Under the pieces are notes generated by a model that saw nothing but the letters and a program-made list of their open reading frames with translations, did no database searches and was not told the DNA's origin. The position numbers were made by a program, and so were the translations under genes. This document shows positions 21,141-34,698 of a stretch of DNA of 36,516 nt, piece after piece; positions within the stretch are counted from its first letter, which is position 1, and each line of letters starts with the position of its first letter. This stretch comes from Octopus bimaculoides. Lineage: Eukaryota. Location of the stretch: NCBI RefSeq assembly GCF_001194135.2, contig NC_068981.1:108636130-108672645 (forward strand). The letters run 5' to 3'.

Positions 21141-22913
21141 CATATATAGTAGAATGTGTATGAATATACATGTGTATTATTTAAATACTTTTCATAAAGT
21201 AGATATGAAAACCTGTTCTAAATACTGAAAGTAAATATCAATATCTTACACGTGTGTAGGCCTCAGATTGATAGTATTCCGAAAATAAGTTTTTGTAACG
21301 TGCATGAATCTGTGAAAAAAATTGACAAACAAAGTAAATAGAAATAGCTACAAGCTGGAATAGAAACCGAATTGTAGACCTACCTTGCTGAGAGCTTACG
21401 TTTATTCTACGTCGGTTACCATGTGAATGCAGAAATTTGATTTCTGTTTTTCCAGAGACGAATTTTACTTTGTCTGACAGAATGAGAATACGTGATGGTG
21501 ACGGCTTTTTCACGACAATGTGATGAGTAAATTGATGAAGTTTTGAGGAGCTTAGTTCATACCTACGACACTTTTCTCTACGCATGAATTTTTATTCTTC
21601 TCAGTTTTTACACTCCCAATAGAATGATCACCATTAACATCTATGAATTTCAAGTTATCTTGTTCTTTGCAATACTTTGTCAAGAGATTAGGACCACCTG
21701 TTCATCGGTAGGCGTGCAACTACTTCTAGGTGAGTGGGGTAATCATTTTCGTGTTTTGAGATCAGACGGTATTCCTGCATTTTTTGAAGCTGTACCCCAG
21801 ATGTCATCAATCTCTGGCAGAAACGTTCCCTTGCTCGAGACAGACATAGATGAGTTTGATTCTGTTAATTCTTTGAGTGCATGAAAGGTTTTTCTTTTTG
21901 AAGCATAGCTGCTCACCCTATGCTGACCGCATAAACTGTTTTCGGCAGCGTTTCACTTTACTATGTTCACATAGGAGCCGTCTGGGTCATCTTTCGTATC
22001 TTTAGAACAAAGTCCTGCACATGCACGAGAAGCGCATATGAATGAATGCAGAATATTGATTTGTTATATGGGATTAACATCTTTGGAGTTTCTAGGCGAA
22101 TGAAAGCAGCCATTATATTTATTCCCTTTATTTATCCACCTAACAGCTTGGTATATATTCTTTGTTTATTAGTTTCTGCAGTAGTTGTGTAACTAATAGA
22201 AGATGCTTAAGATATCAAACAGATGACTTTCAGGCCAAATCAGGAAAAACGACAACTTTTACTTCGGTTTTCGGTTCAATTTTATGAATAAGAATTATTC
22301 TTATTTCTTTTTGATTTTAAAATATTATGTAGAATATATATCGCTAGCATACATTCAGAATCGTAATCCAAGTAGAGTCTTGATTAACACTGATTCCAAT
22401 TACTCAAATCAATGCTCTTGAGAGAATTTCTTGTAATCTTTAACAATGATACAGAAGCTTATGAATTTATATACTAAAAGATGTGACCTATTATCCCTTC
22501 ACTCTGACTTTACGTGCCGAAGGTTTTCATCACGTCCGGATGGATTCTGGTGGTATGAAAAAAATTGAAAGTTTTTGCACTTAACACAATGCAAATTTTC
22601 TATTGATCTTTGGTCTTCTCAAGAACTTATGCACCATTTGCGCAGTTTCTACTTCCGTTTTCACTCTAAGGACTCTTACTCAATAATACGGCATATATAT
22701 TATGTGGATGAGTTTTTCCTACATATATCTGTATGCAAACAGTTTTTCTCTTGTTTGACTTGTTTATCCGTTTAATTTTTCTTACATTAAAAATTTAAGG
22801 TTCATTAAGCTCACGAGATATAGTTTATGCTTCAACCCGTCCCGCAAAGCCAAACGTGTTTGACATCACTAGGAAAGGTCATTAGCTTTACTCACTCTTT
22901 CCTTCTATTTAAG

Positions 22914-22990
22914 AAAGGTGCCAAAATCTTCAAAATGACTTATCTGAATAATGCAGTCTTACGAAACACTCTTACTGAGTTGCCGCTACG
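22914..22990 (+). CDS. Candidate 77-nt host exon, unknown product
   Basis: Branch-like ctcac, pyrimidine tract ctctttccttctatttaag| and donor acg|gtaagt. One frame is open: KGAKIFKMTYLNNAVLRNTLTELPL, with caaaATG at 22935. No homology is recognised. Confidence 0.3.
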
Positions 22991-23356
22991 GTAAGTCCAT
23001 CTCAATTTATTTATGTACTCTTCTAAGTGAACGAACGATTCCCATATGTTTGCTATGTGACCAGATCAAACACTACATTCTTTTAAAAAGTGCTTATTGG
23101 ATAGTGTAGACAAGGTTACACTATACCTGAAATCAGAGGCGATGGTTACAGTTGAAACGTCTTTCTTGGTAGGTGTACTCAATCAGAGCCAACCTGGGGT
23201 TAAGTATCAATAACACCAACATGTACTTGATTGATTTCGCAGATGGAAACTACAGTGGATAACGTCTGATTTATGATTTAAAACGTTCACAACCCAAATA
23301 TTATCGATGACAGCATATATATATATATATATATATATAATTAAGAACTAAAACAA

Positions 23357-23983
23357 CTCTAGTAATGTAAACATTATCGGTCGCACATACACAGTGTGTT
23401 TTGCTTGTGCGCCAAATTTATTGCGGGATAACGACCAAAGGAAGCTTCCTACACAATACTGAATGTTAAAGAACACCTGAATGTCGCAGACCAGGCGTGA
23501 CAACTCGCCTCGGAATCACCAATAGTAAGAGATACCGATATTTCACCATTATTGTGGTTTATCAACACCATGTATACAGATCATCTCGAAATGAATTGAA
23601 TCGCTGGTCTATTTGTCTATGCGCTGCGCCGTAGCACATGTGAATGAAAATAAATTATAATTTAAAAGCATCTCTAGTAATGTAAACATCATCAATCGCA
23701 TACACACATTGTTCGTGTTGTTTTGTTTTTATGCCAAATTTGCTACGCCGCTGCACATCAGCAAACAGAATACACTATATTTGCATATAAGTCCCAGATC
23801 AGTCACAATAACGACGAAATATCGGTATCTACCATTCTCAATCACTTCGGGATAAGTTGTCTTGCCGTGTCTGGGACATTCAGATATTCTTTAACACTCG
23901 ACGCCATATAGGAAGCTTCCTCTGGACGCTATCCCGCGGAAAACAAAGCACATACACTATGTATGTAGGACCGATAATGTTTA
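23357..23983. repeat. Long imperfect inverted repeat (foldback) with an internal partial third copy
   Basis: Arm 23368-23556 matches the reverse complement of 23804-23983. Segment 23672-23741 is a direct copy of 23357-23420. Confidence 0.9.
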
Positions 23984-23993
23984 TGCGCGCGGG

Positions 23994-24101
<108 letters not shown>

Positions 24102-25519
24102 TATATAAAACGAACCATGACTTGAAAGGAAAATTACATTACATATGGAAATGAATAGGCAGAATAGTGCTTCTAGTAGTCAAATTTTAAAAGTCATATA
24201 TGGACACGTGATGCTTTCATCAGTGGAACAGCAAAGAGATAATATATAGCAAATTTTATTTTCAACAGTTTCTTCTTACTACAATGATATATCATTACAT
24301 TGTGGCTCAAAGCTTGATTTCTTAATGACATTAGTAGCCTGCAATATAATGAGTTATCTAAGCAGCATTTATAATATACCTTTGATTACCAATTAATCAT
24401 TCCTTCTCGGAATACTGTGTACAGATCTACTTACTGTTAGACAACATATAATATTTTACGTTAACTTTTATGAGTAATTATTGTAACCCTGTAATATTGA
24501 AATAATATATTTTAGAAGAGTGTTTTAATTTCTACAATCATTGTATTCTTAAAAAAAAAAAGATTAAAGATTTTTTTCAATGGGTTATTTCAACACTGAT
24601 TTATTTCAAGGCTACTTTATAATGTAACTCGCGTGCTGCATACTAAGCGATATGCAGAGCATACAAAGAGATATTATGTTAGAACCGTTAGAAATAACAG
24701 CCAAATCTTCCTCAAGCCACACCCTACTACTTTCAGTAAAAGAAATGATATTGTAAGTTATATAGTCTTACATACCACTGAAAAAATACAGGATTGTCCC
24801 CAGTGGAATATCTTTGATTGTTGTTCAGCTCTATTAGGGCTTACCTGGGGCTAAGTAACTTTAACTACTCTGTGATCCCGGAGATTGTGAACGGAATGTT
24901 TACCAGTTATTTTTGAACGCTCATTATTTATATTCCCTATATTATTACATTTTCCTACATCATCTAATAAACAATCAAAATTTGTAGTTTAAGGAGGCTC
25001 TATGTACACAAATAGAAACAGAACTGTCCCCTATATATCCAGGTCTTCAATGAATTTCATGGCTTCTAACTTCCTTCCTGTTCATTCCTTGATGTTACCC
25101 ATAGATCTCCTTTGTGTCCTTCACATACCTAATTTATAACGATACAGTTAAGGAAAAAAAAAAAGAAAAGAAACACTAAAACCTTTTCACTTTTACCTAG
25201 AAGGTTTTGAGAGATTTGTTTTCATAATAGAATTTTAGATCATATTAGAATATTATACTATGTTCAGTATATTTTTGCCACGAAATTTCTGAAAAGGTAA
25301 AAAGAAGGTGGAGGTAAAACAGGCATGTAAAATTGGCATAATATTGAAAGTGTTGTAGACTAAACTTCATAGTGTTTCCAGAGATTCTGGCAATGAAATT
25401 ACTGTTTTTACTATGGACCTGCTTATATCAATTCTATCACTTACGAATCTATGTCAATTTATATAGAAATTCAGTTATACATACATACATACATGCATAC
25501 AGAGACATGTACATATGTG

Positions 25520-25592
25520 CATACGTGCACCAACACATACGTGCACCAACACATACGTGCACCAACACATACGTGCACCAACACATACGTGC
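25520..25592. repeat. Perfect 16-bp minisatellite, ~4.5 copies
   Basis: catacgtgcaccaaca x4 plus catacgtgc. Confidence 0.95.
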
Positions 25593-26269
25593 TTAACGTA
25601 CAACTGATCTGAGTCTCTATTGTAAATTAAACTTATAAAATATACTCAACATTCGTAACCAGCTATCTTTTCATACACATGAAACTTCAGTAAAGAACTG
25701 GTCCACCTGAGCCCTCCTTTTATGACTACGGAAAGAATGCATAACAAAACAATTCTTTACAACCGACCAATGTGTTTAACTTGTTTTTAATCTATAGAGA
25801 CGATGTTGGCTGGACTCTATAGATTTATTCTGAAGGATATTATAGCATAAAATATTAAAACTAATAAAGTGTCAGTAATTTAAGCACGCGCGCACACACA
25901 CACACATGCGCCCCCCTCTCTCTCTCTCTCTCATACACGTAAGATCAGCTAAACCGAAGAGACCCTTGAAAATAAAACCAAGCTACGTTTGAAATAAATT
26001 TAGATGTGGTACTTTCTCCAGACGTAATAACATTGCAAGCAATCAAATATCCATAGCACTATACGGATAGGTGATACTTTCTACAGCAGAACCGCAATTA
26101 AACAATATGTTATATGATATCTCAAATAGTTTTTCTTTTTAGCTATTTGTATGAATATTATTAGAATATTGTTAAGAAAAAACTCTGATTGTTCACTTGT
26201 GTTGAGCTCGCTGTGATCGATGTGGACAAAAATATATTTTGTTTGTAATTGCACACAAAGGCACACGCA

Positions 26270-26271
<2 letters not shown>

Positions 26272-26348
<77 letters not shown>
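26272..26348. repeat. (CA)n microsatellite
   Basis: Direct. Confidence 0.97.
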
Positions 26349-26350
<2 letters not shown>

Positions 26351-26519
26351 AATTATAAGTGTATAAATAGCAATTTGATTCGCAATTTAACCCTTTGCAT
26401 CCTGACATGTACAGAGTTAGAGTAAAAAAAAGTTAAAGGTGGCTTCTTGTTGAGAATGTTTGGAGTTTCCATTTGACAGTTCATATTACCTGAATAGATT
26501 GATAAAACAGCGACATCTA

Positions 26520-27110
26520 TGGTCTAAATCTCACCAACTGTCCACTGGGACAATCTTGTTTCTCAAAAACTGTGGTCTTTAGACTCACCATCACCTCTTT
26601 TGGTGGTATCACGAAATAGCACACATCTGTAGCAGCCAAGGTTTTCAAAGGAAGATTTAGGTTACACATGTAAATCTCTGGGTACTGGGACGGGGAAAAT
26701 TCCATCTCCTGTACTGCTTCGTCTAGGGACTCCAGAATAAAAAAAACGATCTCCTCACCATTACTTGGAACTTCATTAACAGATCCCCTCCCTACGCACC
26801 CTAGGTTTGTAATTATCAACTCCACCTGCGTGAGAAACTGCATATACTGTAACAATTGCAAACAGAAAAACAATCAAACAGACTGATCTATCTCATCGGC
26901 GTTGTCAAACATACGCCCTGCTGATAAACTTCAAGCAATTTGCAGCTGATAGTGGAAAGAACACTTTAAACTGGCCAATGCACAGTTGCAAAATAACGAA
27001 TCCCTTCTTGTCCTTGGTGAGATTATTTCTTTTCCGTGCACCGTCGTTGTGGTGTTCAAGCATCCAGCTAAAATTATGCCAGACTGCTATGCGCGAGACG
27101 CAAACTCACA
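26520..27110. repeat. Old unclassified repeat, copy 2; possibly an ancient LINE endonuclease remnant on the minus strand
   Basis: Collinear with 19330-19870. Weak minus-strand hints FAIVTVYA and ESKDHSF resemble the APE motifs V.VYAP and SDH. Confidence 0.55.
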
Positions 27111-28094
27111 TGCAACCTGGCACCACTAAACCTATTGCCTCACAACGTGGGCCTACTTCCTGCCATAACGATAAGTGTATGGCGTTGCTGATTTCCATAA
27201 CCATACAAGTCGTCAACACTACCTGACATCATTAAACTATTTGGTCTTTCAGGGGGAGACGAAGAAGAAAAAAATAAGGAAAAGGAAGAAGAGATGGTGA
27301 TGATGATGAAAGATATAAAGCGAATAAGTATGGAAATAAAAAAGATGTGAACAACAAAATAGAAAAGATAGGACGAGAAGCAAAACCGGATAAAGTAGCA
27401 GAAGCACCGAAAGAAAGTAATGATAATTGTACAAAAGGAACTGGGACTGGAACTATAAAACACCGAAATAACAAAGAGAAGATAACAGTGAAATTATAAC
27501 AAATAAATAAATTGTAAGCCGTTTTCGTTGATTGATTCTTTGAACAATTCCCATTCACTGGACTTTATCAGCAACGTATAATTTTTCCAAGCCAACTTTG
27601 ATGAGTGGACATATTTTTTTACAATTAGAAAACAATTTATGAAGAATTTTGGTTAGCTTATTTTGCATAATTGGAAAGGTAAGCTAGGGGTTGTAATTCG
27701 AATGGGCTAATGGCATGTAATTTATATTATTCAGCTAAATACACGATAACAAATCTCAAAAAAAAAAAAAATTACTTTGCCTCACAAATGGGAGGTCGGA
27801 AACAAAAACACAACGTCAACTGTTAACGACTCTCAAAATAAATCGAAGATCGTCCCAGAAATTTATAATTAATCTCGCAATACCTCGAATTTTCATACGT
27901 AATAGAGCAAACCTGATTTTTCTTAACAGCCAGGAAGTTCCGATTAATAACGAACAACAATTAATAGTGACGCAAATTCAACAAAATATTACATAATAAT
28001 CTACTAACACCTCCAATTATTGGAATCCTTCAGCACAAACGAATTTAGATTTACGTTCTTGACTATACAAGATGCTGTTCTGGGCGAAAATAGA

Positions 28095-28208
28095 TAATTG
28101 GTACCCATTTTATCGACCCCGAAGGATGAAAGGCTCAGTTGACCTCAGTGTTAAAGACGAACAAAATACCGCTAAGCACTTGATCCGGAGTGCTAACGAA
28201 TCTGCTAG
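28095..28208 (-). mobile_element. tRNA-derived SINE, partial second unit of a tandem pair
   Basis: Minus strand gcagattcgttagcactccggatcaagtgcttagcggtattttg..gcctttcatccttcggggtcgataaaatgggtacc, homologous to 28212-28440. Confidence 0.8.
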
Positions 28209-28211
28209 CTT

Positions 28212-28440
28212 TAATAATAATAATAATCCTTTTTATTATAGGGACAAGGCTCGAAATTCTGGGGGAGGGGGCTAGTCGATTACATCGATCCAATGTCCAA
28301 CGGGAACTTGTTTTATTGAACCCGAAAGGATGGATGAAAGGCAAAGTCATATTTGGCGGAATTTGAAGTCAGAGCGTCAAGACGGACGAAATGTCGTTAA
28401 ACATTTGGTCCGGAGTGCTAACGATTCTGCCTGCTCACTG
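28212..28440 (-). mobile_element. tRNA-derived SINE with Meta-domain-like core and (ATT)n tail
   Basis: Head gcaggcagaatcgttagcactccgg, B-box-like gacttcaaattcc, core gcctttcatcc..cgggttcaataaaac and tail ggattattattatt. The Meta-domain resemblance is from memory. Confidence 0.8.
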
Positions 28441-31345
28441 TCAACACACAACCTATTTCGCAATAGCTCCAACACAGAAAACTCCCTGTCTTTTCTGGTC
28501 AAAGGAAGGTGATGGATTAATCTTCACGATGGAGGTGGTCGATATCCGAATCCGTCCAACACGCCTCAGAAGTTAGCAATACTCAAGCGCTGCACGAGTG
28601 CATGCAGAACGGCTTCATCGTTCTGCGTACGCATGAGGCAGGCGTAGCTGATGACACAATCATACCCGTAGTGTTTATCTAGAATCGGCTATGCTCCTAC
28701 TTAGCACTGCCATGCAAAGAATTTCTGGAAGTTTCTAGCCCGAACGTTCTCCGGAAAAGACCAGTCAGTTAATCTCCATTGATGCTCAGGGCTTCCCTGA
28801 GAAAGTTGTTGCTCTTATCCGCCACTAATCTTCTGTAGGACACCATGGTAGAACATTCACTGACTACATTGCCAGATTGATAGAGGGCTGGGAGAACCTG
28901 ACAGCACTCAAGGTGCCAGGCATCTTGCTTCCTCGGCCTACACTTGGTCCAGAATTTCAGCTTAGTTAAAGGGATGAGTTCCGGAAAAGCGCGTCTAACA
29001 AACGGCAGCCACATCTGCTCACGGTCAAGAAAACGTGGGAGATGTCGCAGCCTCAGCACATGCCTGCGCATCATTAATCACAGTATCCTCCACTTAGCGG
29101 ATGTTTTCAGCAAATAACCGCCTGACTAATGTAACACATCACCTGTACAGAAAGCAAGAGAGTAAGCGCTCCAATCTGGTCAGCCATGAAGCAGGACAAG
29201 GCACGACGGTTAGGCGGTAAGCATTATCCATTTCCAATCAGCATTTCAGGGATAGCTTTCTCTCAGCCCATTTGTGGGTGAGACTAGCTACTATGCTCGT
29301 CATCTTTTCTAAGTTCTTATCCACCAAAAACTCTTGAGTAAACCAAAACCGAGCAATTTAAATAGTCCGTCCGGCAAGTGCGAACAGTCCGTCCGTCAAG
29401 TTAATTTTTGCTCCTGACATTACCTCGTAGTTCTTCAGAGTAGAGCCGATCACTTCGGTATCTGATACAATGACAGTAAACACGGTTCTTACACATCCTA
29501 GTTCTCATATGATACCTCTCGAAACCTCCAACTTCTGCAGTAGTGGGGCTAGAGTCGGTGAATACAGTGATATAGAGAGGGCACATCCTTGGCGAACCGA
29601 TATTAAACGGTTTCGACAAGTGGCCATTTACTCTGGCTACCGAGAAAATGTCACTGTATATTGCAGCAATTCAGTTTCTGCAGCCAGGCTCGAAATCAGC
29701 CGTCTTCAGGACAGCAGCCAATTGTTGATGGTCAACCAAATCAAGCGTTTTTGGATGATCTAAATTGATCAGAGCTCCATTCTTGCCATTTCCTTTAGCT
29801 TTCTGAGATGTAACATATGACGAAGAGGTTTCGTGACTATATCTGTTTGTATGGCGCTTGTCTGTACCTCACTTCTAGAGTATCAACGATTCTTTGCTTA
29901 CACTTTGGTCAAAATCTTGAACATTATATTTAGCAGAGTTACGGGCCTGAATTTAAAATCATCTCCTCCCTCTTGTTCGAGTCCTTCCTCAGCAGCACCT
30001 TTACACCTCTTCTTGCAGGGTTGGATTCTTCTGTCCTGCAGCCAGTCGCATAAGACATCTACCAAGAGACTGCCGAGCATGTCTGGTATATAGCGATAAA
30101 GCTCGTAGGGAAGACCATCCAGTCCTGGCCAAATTCTCCATCATACAACCCGTCATTGCTTCTCGTATTTCGTCAGTTGTTATCAGCTTTTCACAGAACT
30201 CTGCATCTTGAGCCAAGAGCCGCAATAGGCCATTGAAGCAAGCGGTAGAATCCACTCCCATCACCATTGAAGCAAGCGGTAGAGTCCACTCCCAAATGAA
30301 GTGCCACTGAATGAAGTGCCACTGAATGAAGTGCCACTGAAAAGGCTCACATGACAGCATGGAATCGAGTAGCACGCGCTCCTCCTGATCCTCCAAAGAC
30401 AAGTCCACTAAACAGTTTTTTCTTCCCTATGCCTTAGAACTTGTGCCCTAGCTCTGACAATGCATTCTTCGTGCTTACCGTTCAAGAATCGATCACGGAC
30501 CAATTTTGACGCCAGCGTGTCAGTTGCAATGCTTTTCTAAGCGCCTCTTCTTGGTTACTAACTCGCCCACCCACTACTCGAGAATTGTCTACCACTATTC
30601 CCTTACTAAACTTTATCCATTCTAATCTAATAGCTCTTTTCAAGGTAAACCATCATCGGTTGTTGACTATTGCCTCCTTGTAACTAGTTCTCTAATCCGG
30701 TTTCTGTTAATTTGGTGCGCCAGGAAAGACGCATCAAGTTTCCAGTAACCGGCTTCATGTCTATACAGCCTATCGCGGTCGACCGTACAGATCACAAATT
30801 AGTGGTTTGTATAACTGAAGATTTTGAATTGTGGACAACCTGTGCTATCTCTATCTAATGGCCTACTGAACACTCTAGATACAATCTGGATGTCCCAATG
30901 CTGTTTACCCATGCCTACATTGGCGCATTTGGAAAACTCAGTCGATATCTGTCAGCCAGTTGGAAACAACTGGGCAGATTTGCCAAGTTTGCACATCTCT
31001 TTCCTATCAATTAACCCCACACAATCCAGACATGCGTCCAAGATGACGTTCCGATTGTCTACTAACACTAAAAAACGGGGTGTCCCTAAGAAGATCCGTC
31101 CCAGTCAAAAAACGCCACCTTCGCTCTGCTATTCACGTTCAACACCATCAACTTACCTCCGGATCCAGGAAGATCTACCTATCTCAGAATTGCTCAAAAT
31201 AACAAAGGCGCCACGTGCATTTATAATTCTCCGTTTGACAACCGGTGACCACTCCTGATTACTGTCAAAGGAGCGCAGGAGTTATCATAGCCTCAGTGCG
31301 TGTCTGTACATCATTAGCCACAGCATGTGCGGCCCTCCACCAAAC
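28441..31345 (-). mobile_element. Tx1/L1-clade LINE ORF2 pseudogene (APE + RT + zinc knuckle)
   Basis: APE remnants FLGTPRFLVLVDNRNVILDA and GYWKLDASFL. RT PGLDGLPYELY, FRPVTLLNIMFKILTKV and SVRQGCALS. C-terminal DEAVLHALVQ..IVKI parallels the 12715-14515 copy. Confidence 0.88.
30230..30339. repeat. 34-bp duplication plus 3 x 15-bp tandem repeat inside the LINE
   Basis: ccattgaagcaagcggtagartccactccca at 30230 and 30264. aatgaagtgccactg at 30295, 30310 and 30325. Confidence 0.93.
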
Positions 31346-32582
31346 AAAATTCAGTAGGTTCCTGCTTGTATAAAAAATGAAGAGTTAAAAGTTGTGAAAG
31401 CTGTTCATTTTCCTTGATAAATCACCAGCTGAAGTTTTCAACTCATTTTCTTTTTATAAGAAAAGCTCATATTTACAACGTTTTGGTTTGAAAGTGTTAA
31501 GCAGCTTATTGATTCATGTATGAATAATCATGTATGACATTAGTAAACAATAATACTGCTCTTATATAAGGGAAAACTTAAATTATGTTTCACCATATTT
31601 ACTTTTGAAGATTTTTGACGCAAAATCTTGTTCTTTGTAGTGAAAATAATAGGTCGAAATAATGAAGTTATCTCTGAAAGAACATGCTTTCGCTTCAATA
31701 TATGGTGCCTCCATATACTCACAAAGTGTAGTAAGCTGTAGGCGAGATGAATCTGAAAGTAAGTTTCGATTTTCTTGGTTGCAGTAATGTTCCTAAAAAA
31801 GTATGGCCACCGTTCATTCCTCTTTTCTCACGAATTCTAAGACCTTGTAACTATATAATATTCCAAAGATATGAAATATCAATTAGAAAGCAACATGGTT
31901 TTCTGTATATATATTACCTCGGATTATTTTAAAAGCAGATTCGTTACTAGATTTAGCTTACTGTGTCACATTTTCATACCTATAGAAATACAACCTAAAG
32001 TAATTAAAAGAGCCCATGGTGTTCTCTCATTCATAGTTTTCCAGGGCTAAACAGCGTCATTAGTATCAAATAGTTCAAGTGGAAAGTCTGGTCGCTATGA
32101 AATGTACTTTCGACACCAAAGCTGCGTTTCAATACTAGTCAGTAGATTTTGACTGCCGTCTTTATTTTCATAATTTCAGTAACGATAAGGTATCAAAGAC
32201 TTCGTAAATTATGTCTGAACTGCGAAACTGATAGCTAATCATTACGTAAAGTTTTATTTTTTTAATAACATTATTTCATTACAAAAATCTACAAGATCAA
32301 CCAGGCACGAATAAATTTATCAGTGTTTTTAAAATATTTATTAACTGAGACGAACAAACGCAAATCAAAAATCATTTACATAATTTATCAAAGCGCATTA
32401 ATAACCCACTGCGATACATTTCTTTGAATGATGCTTCAGTAACCAGAAAGTCTAATGAAAACCTGTTAAACATTCCAGGTTTAACCCAAATAAAGTACTG
32501 ACGTAGGAATTCAAATATATAAAAATTTGCTTAGGGAATCAGAGACAGAGATAGTTGATGGAAAGTGCTTTTAGATTGATAT

Positions 32583-32906
<324 letters not shown>

Positions 32907-33186
32907 CTCTTAATATATATACTCTAAAATGTGTAAACATCTGTTTTATCTATTGGACGAATACGATTGAATCCACATGCTGAGATGCGTGAGGAAATCT
33001 TCTCCTTGGTAAAGTCTACCCCAACAAGGTAGTGTCTAATATTTCTGAAGCTACTTACTGGAGAATTTTCCTGGTAAAATAACAAGCCACCGTCGCATAT
33101 GTTCAGAGAGCCATAATTTACGGCTACTCTGTTTTCATCTACTTATACGCATTGATGGTTACGATTACTAAGTGCCCAACTTACAT

Positions 33187-33191
<5 letters not shown>

Positions 33192-33261
<70 letters not shown>

Positions 33262-33444
33262 TATATATATATATATATACATACATACAAGCACATATAC
33301 AAGAACACATACAGGTACACAGAAAAACATACATACACTTACAAACGCGTGCGCGCTCACACTGCACATCCAGATACGAATAGTTACACACATGTAAGGT
33401 ACAACGAAATGAATAACTAGTAACTTAGTTTAAGCTGCTTGGTT

Positions 33445-33508
<64 letters not shown>

Positions 33509-33509
33509 A

Positions 33510-33540
<31 letters not shown>

Positions 33541-33549
33541 CCTATCTAC

Positions 33550-33580
<31 letters not shown>
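33192..33580. repeat. (CT)n(CA)n(TA)n and (TATC)n microsatellites
   Basis: Direct, about 33192-33290 and 33445-33580. Confidence 0.95.
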
Positions 33581-33746
33581 GTGAATGCTTCAAAAAAAGA
33601 TGGGTGAATGTAGCAAGGATGGCACGTGTGAATGACGGAGCCACCTTGAGCATAACCCTATGAACTAGAAAAAAAAACCAAAAAGGCAAAAGAGAGTCAC
33701 TTACTGTTATAGTTTCTTCAATGACAATATTGACCAAGGTTACCGT

Positions 33747-34166
33747 NNNNNNNNNNNNNNNNNNNNNNNNNNNNNNNNNNNNNNNNNNNNNNNNNNNNNN
33801 NNNNNNNNNNNNNNNNNNNNNNNNNNNNNNNNNNNNNNNNNNNNNNNNNNNNNNNNNNNNNNNNNNNNNNNNNNNNNNNNNNNNNNNNNNNNNNNNNNNN
33901 NNNNNNNNNNNNNNNNNNNNNNNNNNNNNNNNNNNNNNNNNNNNNNNNNNNNNNNNNNNNNNNNNNNNNNNNNNNNNNNNNNNNNNNNNNNNNNNNNNNN
34001 NNNNNNNNNNNNNNNNNNNNNNNNNNNNNNNNNNNNNNNNNNNNNNNNNNNNNNNNNNNNNNNNNNNNNNNNNNNNNNNNNNNNNNNNNNNNNNNNNNNN
34101 NNNNNNNNNNNNNNNNNNNNNNNNNNNNNNNNNNNNNNNNNNNNNNNNNNNNNNNNNNNNNNNNNN
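33747..34166. other. Assembly gap
   Basis: N run. Confidence 1.
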
Positions 34167-34269
34167 TCTTCAGCTGCTCAAAGACACGAATTTAGAAATT
34201 TAATGAAATTAAATTTGAACAGGAGGACATATTTCTATAATTAAATCTAAACTCTCCAAGTAGAAAGGA

Positions 34270-34655
34270 GAAATACAAGTAGAAAGCAAGCAAACGATAC
34301 TGGACCATAGATATAGCATGCCCAGCTGACAACAAAGTAAGCGATGAACGAGAAAGAAAAGTCGGTAGATATAATAGGTTAGCTTGTGCGGTTAAGCAGC
34401 TGTGACCGTTGAAAAAGGTGGGGGTAGTACCAATAATTGTCGGAGCCCTGGGAACAGTTAGTAAAAATATTGAGAAGTACATGGAACAAATAAGGGCTGC
34501 AATAAGGGTGCGGCACTTGCAGAAAACAGCATTGCTTGGAACCGCTCCAATACTCCGGATGGTGCTCGAAAAATAAGAGGTGCTGCCTTAGTTCACTGGT
34601 AGTGAACAACTGACACTGTAGTACATCTCCAACGTTAGAAGCTGTGCAAAGACAA

Positions 34656-34691
<36 letters not shown>

Positions 34692-34698
34692 AATAATA

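Noticed and set aside
21600-22014. Frame interrupted only by TGA codons (selenoprotein or mitochondrial-code idea)
   Set aside because: The observation is post hoc, there is no SECIS-like structure or mitochondrial gene similarity, and a TAG follows shortly after.
25520-25592. CRISPR-like appearance of short repeats (also 144-205 and 30295-30339)
   Set aside because: These are contiguous tandem units with no spacers, no cas genes and a eukaryotic context.
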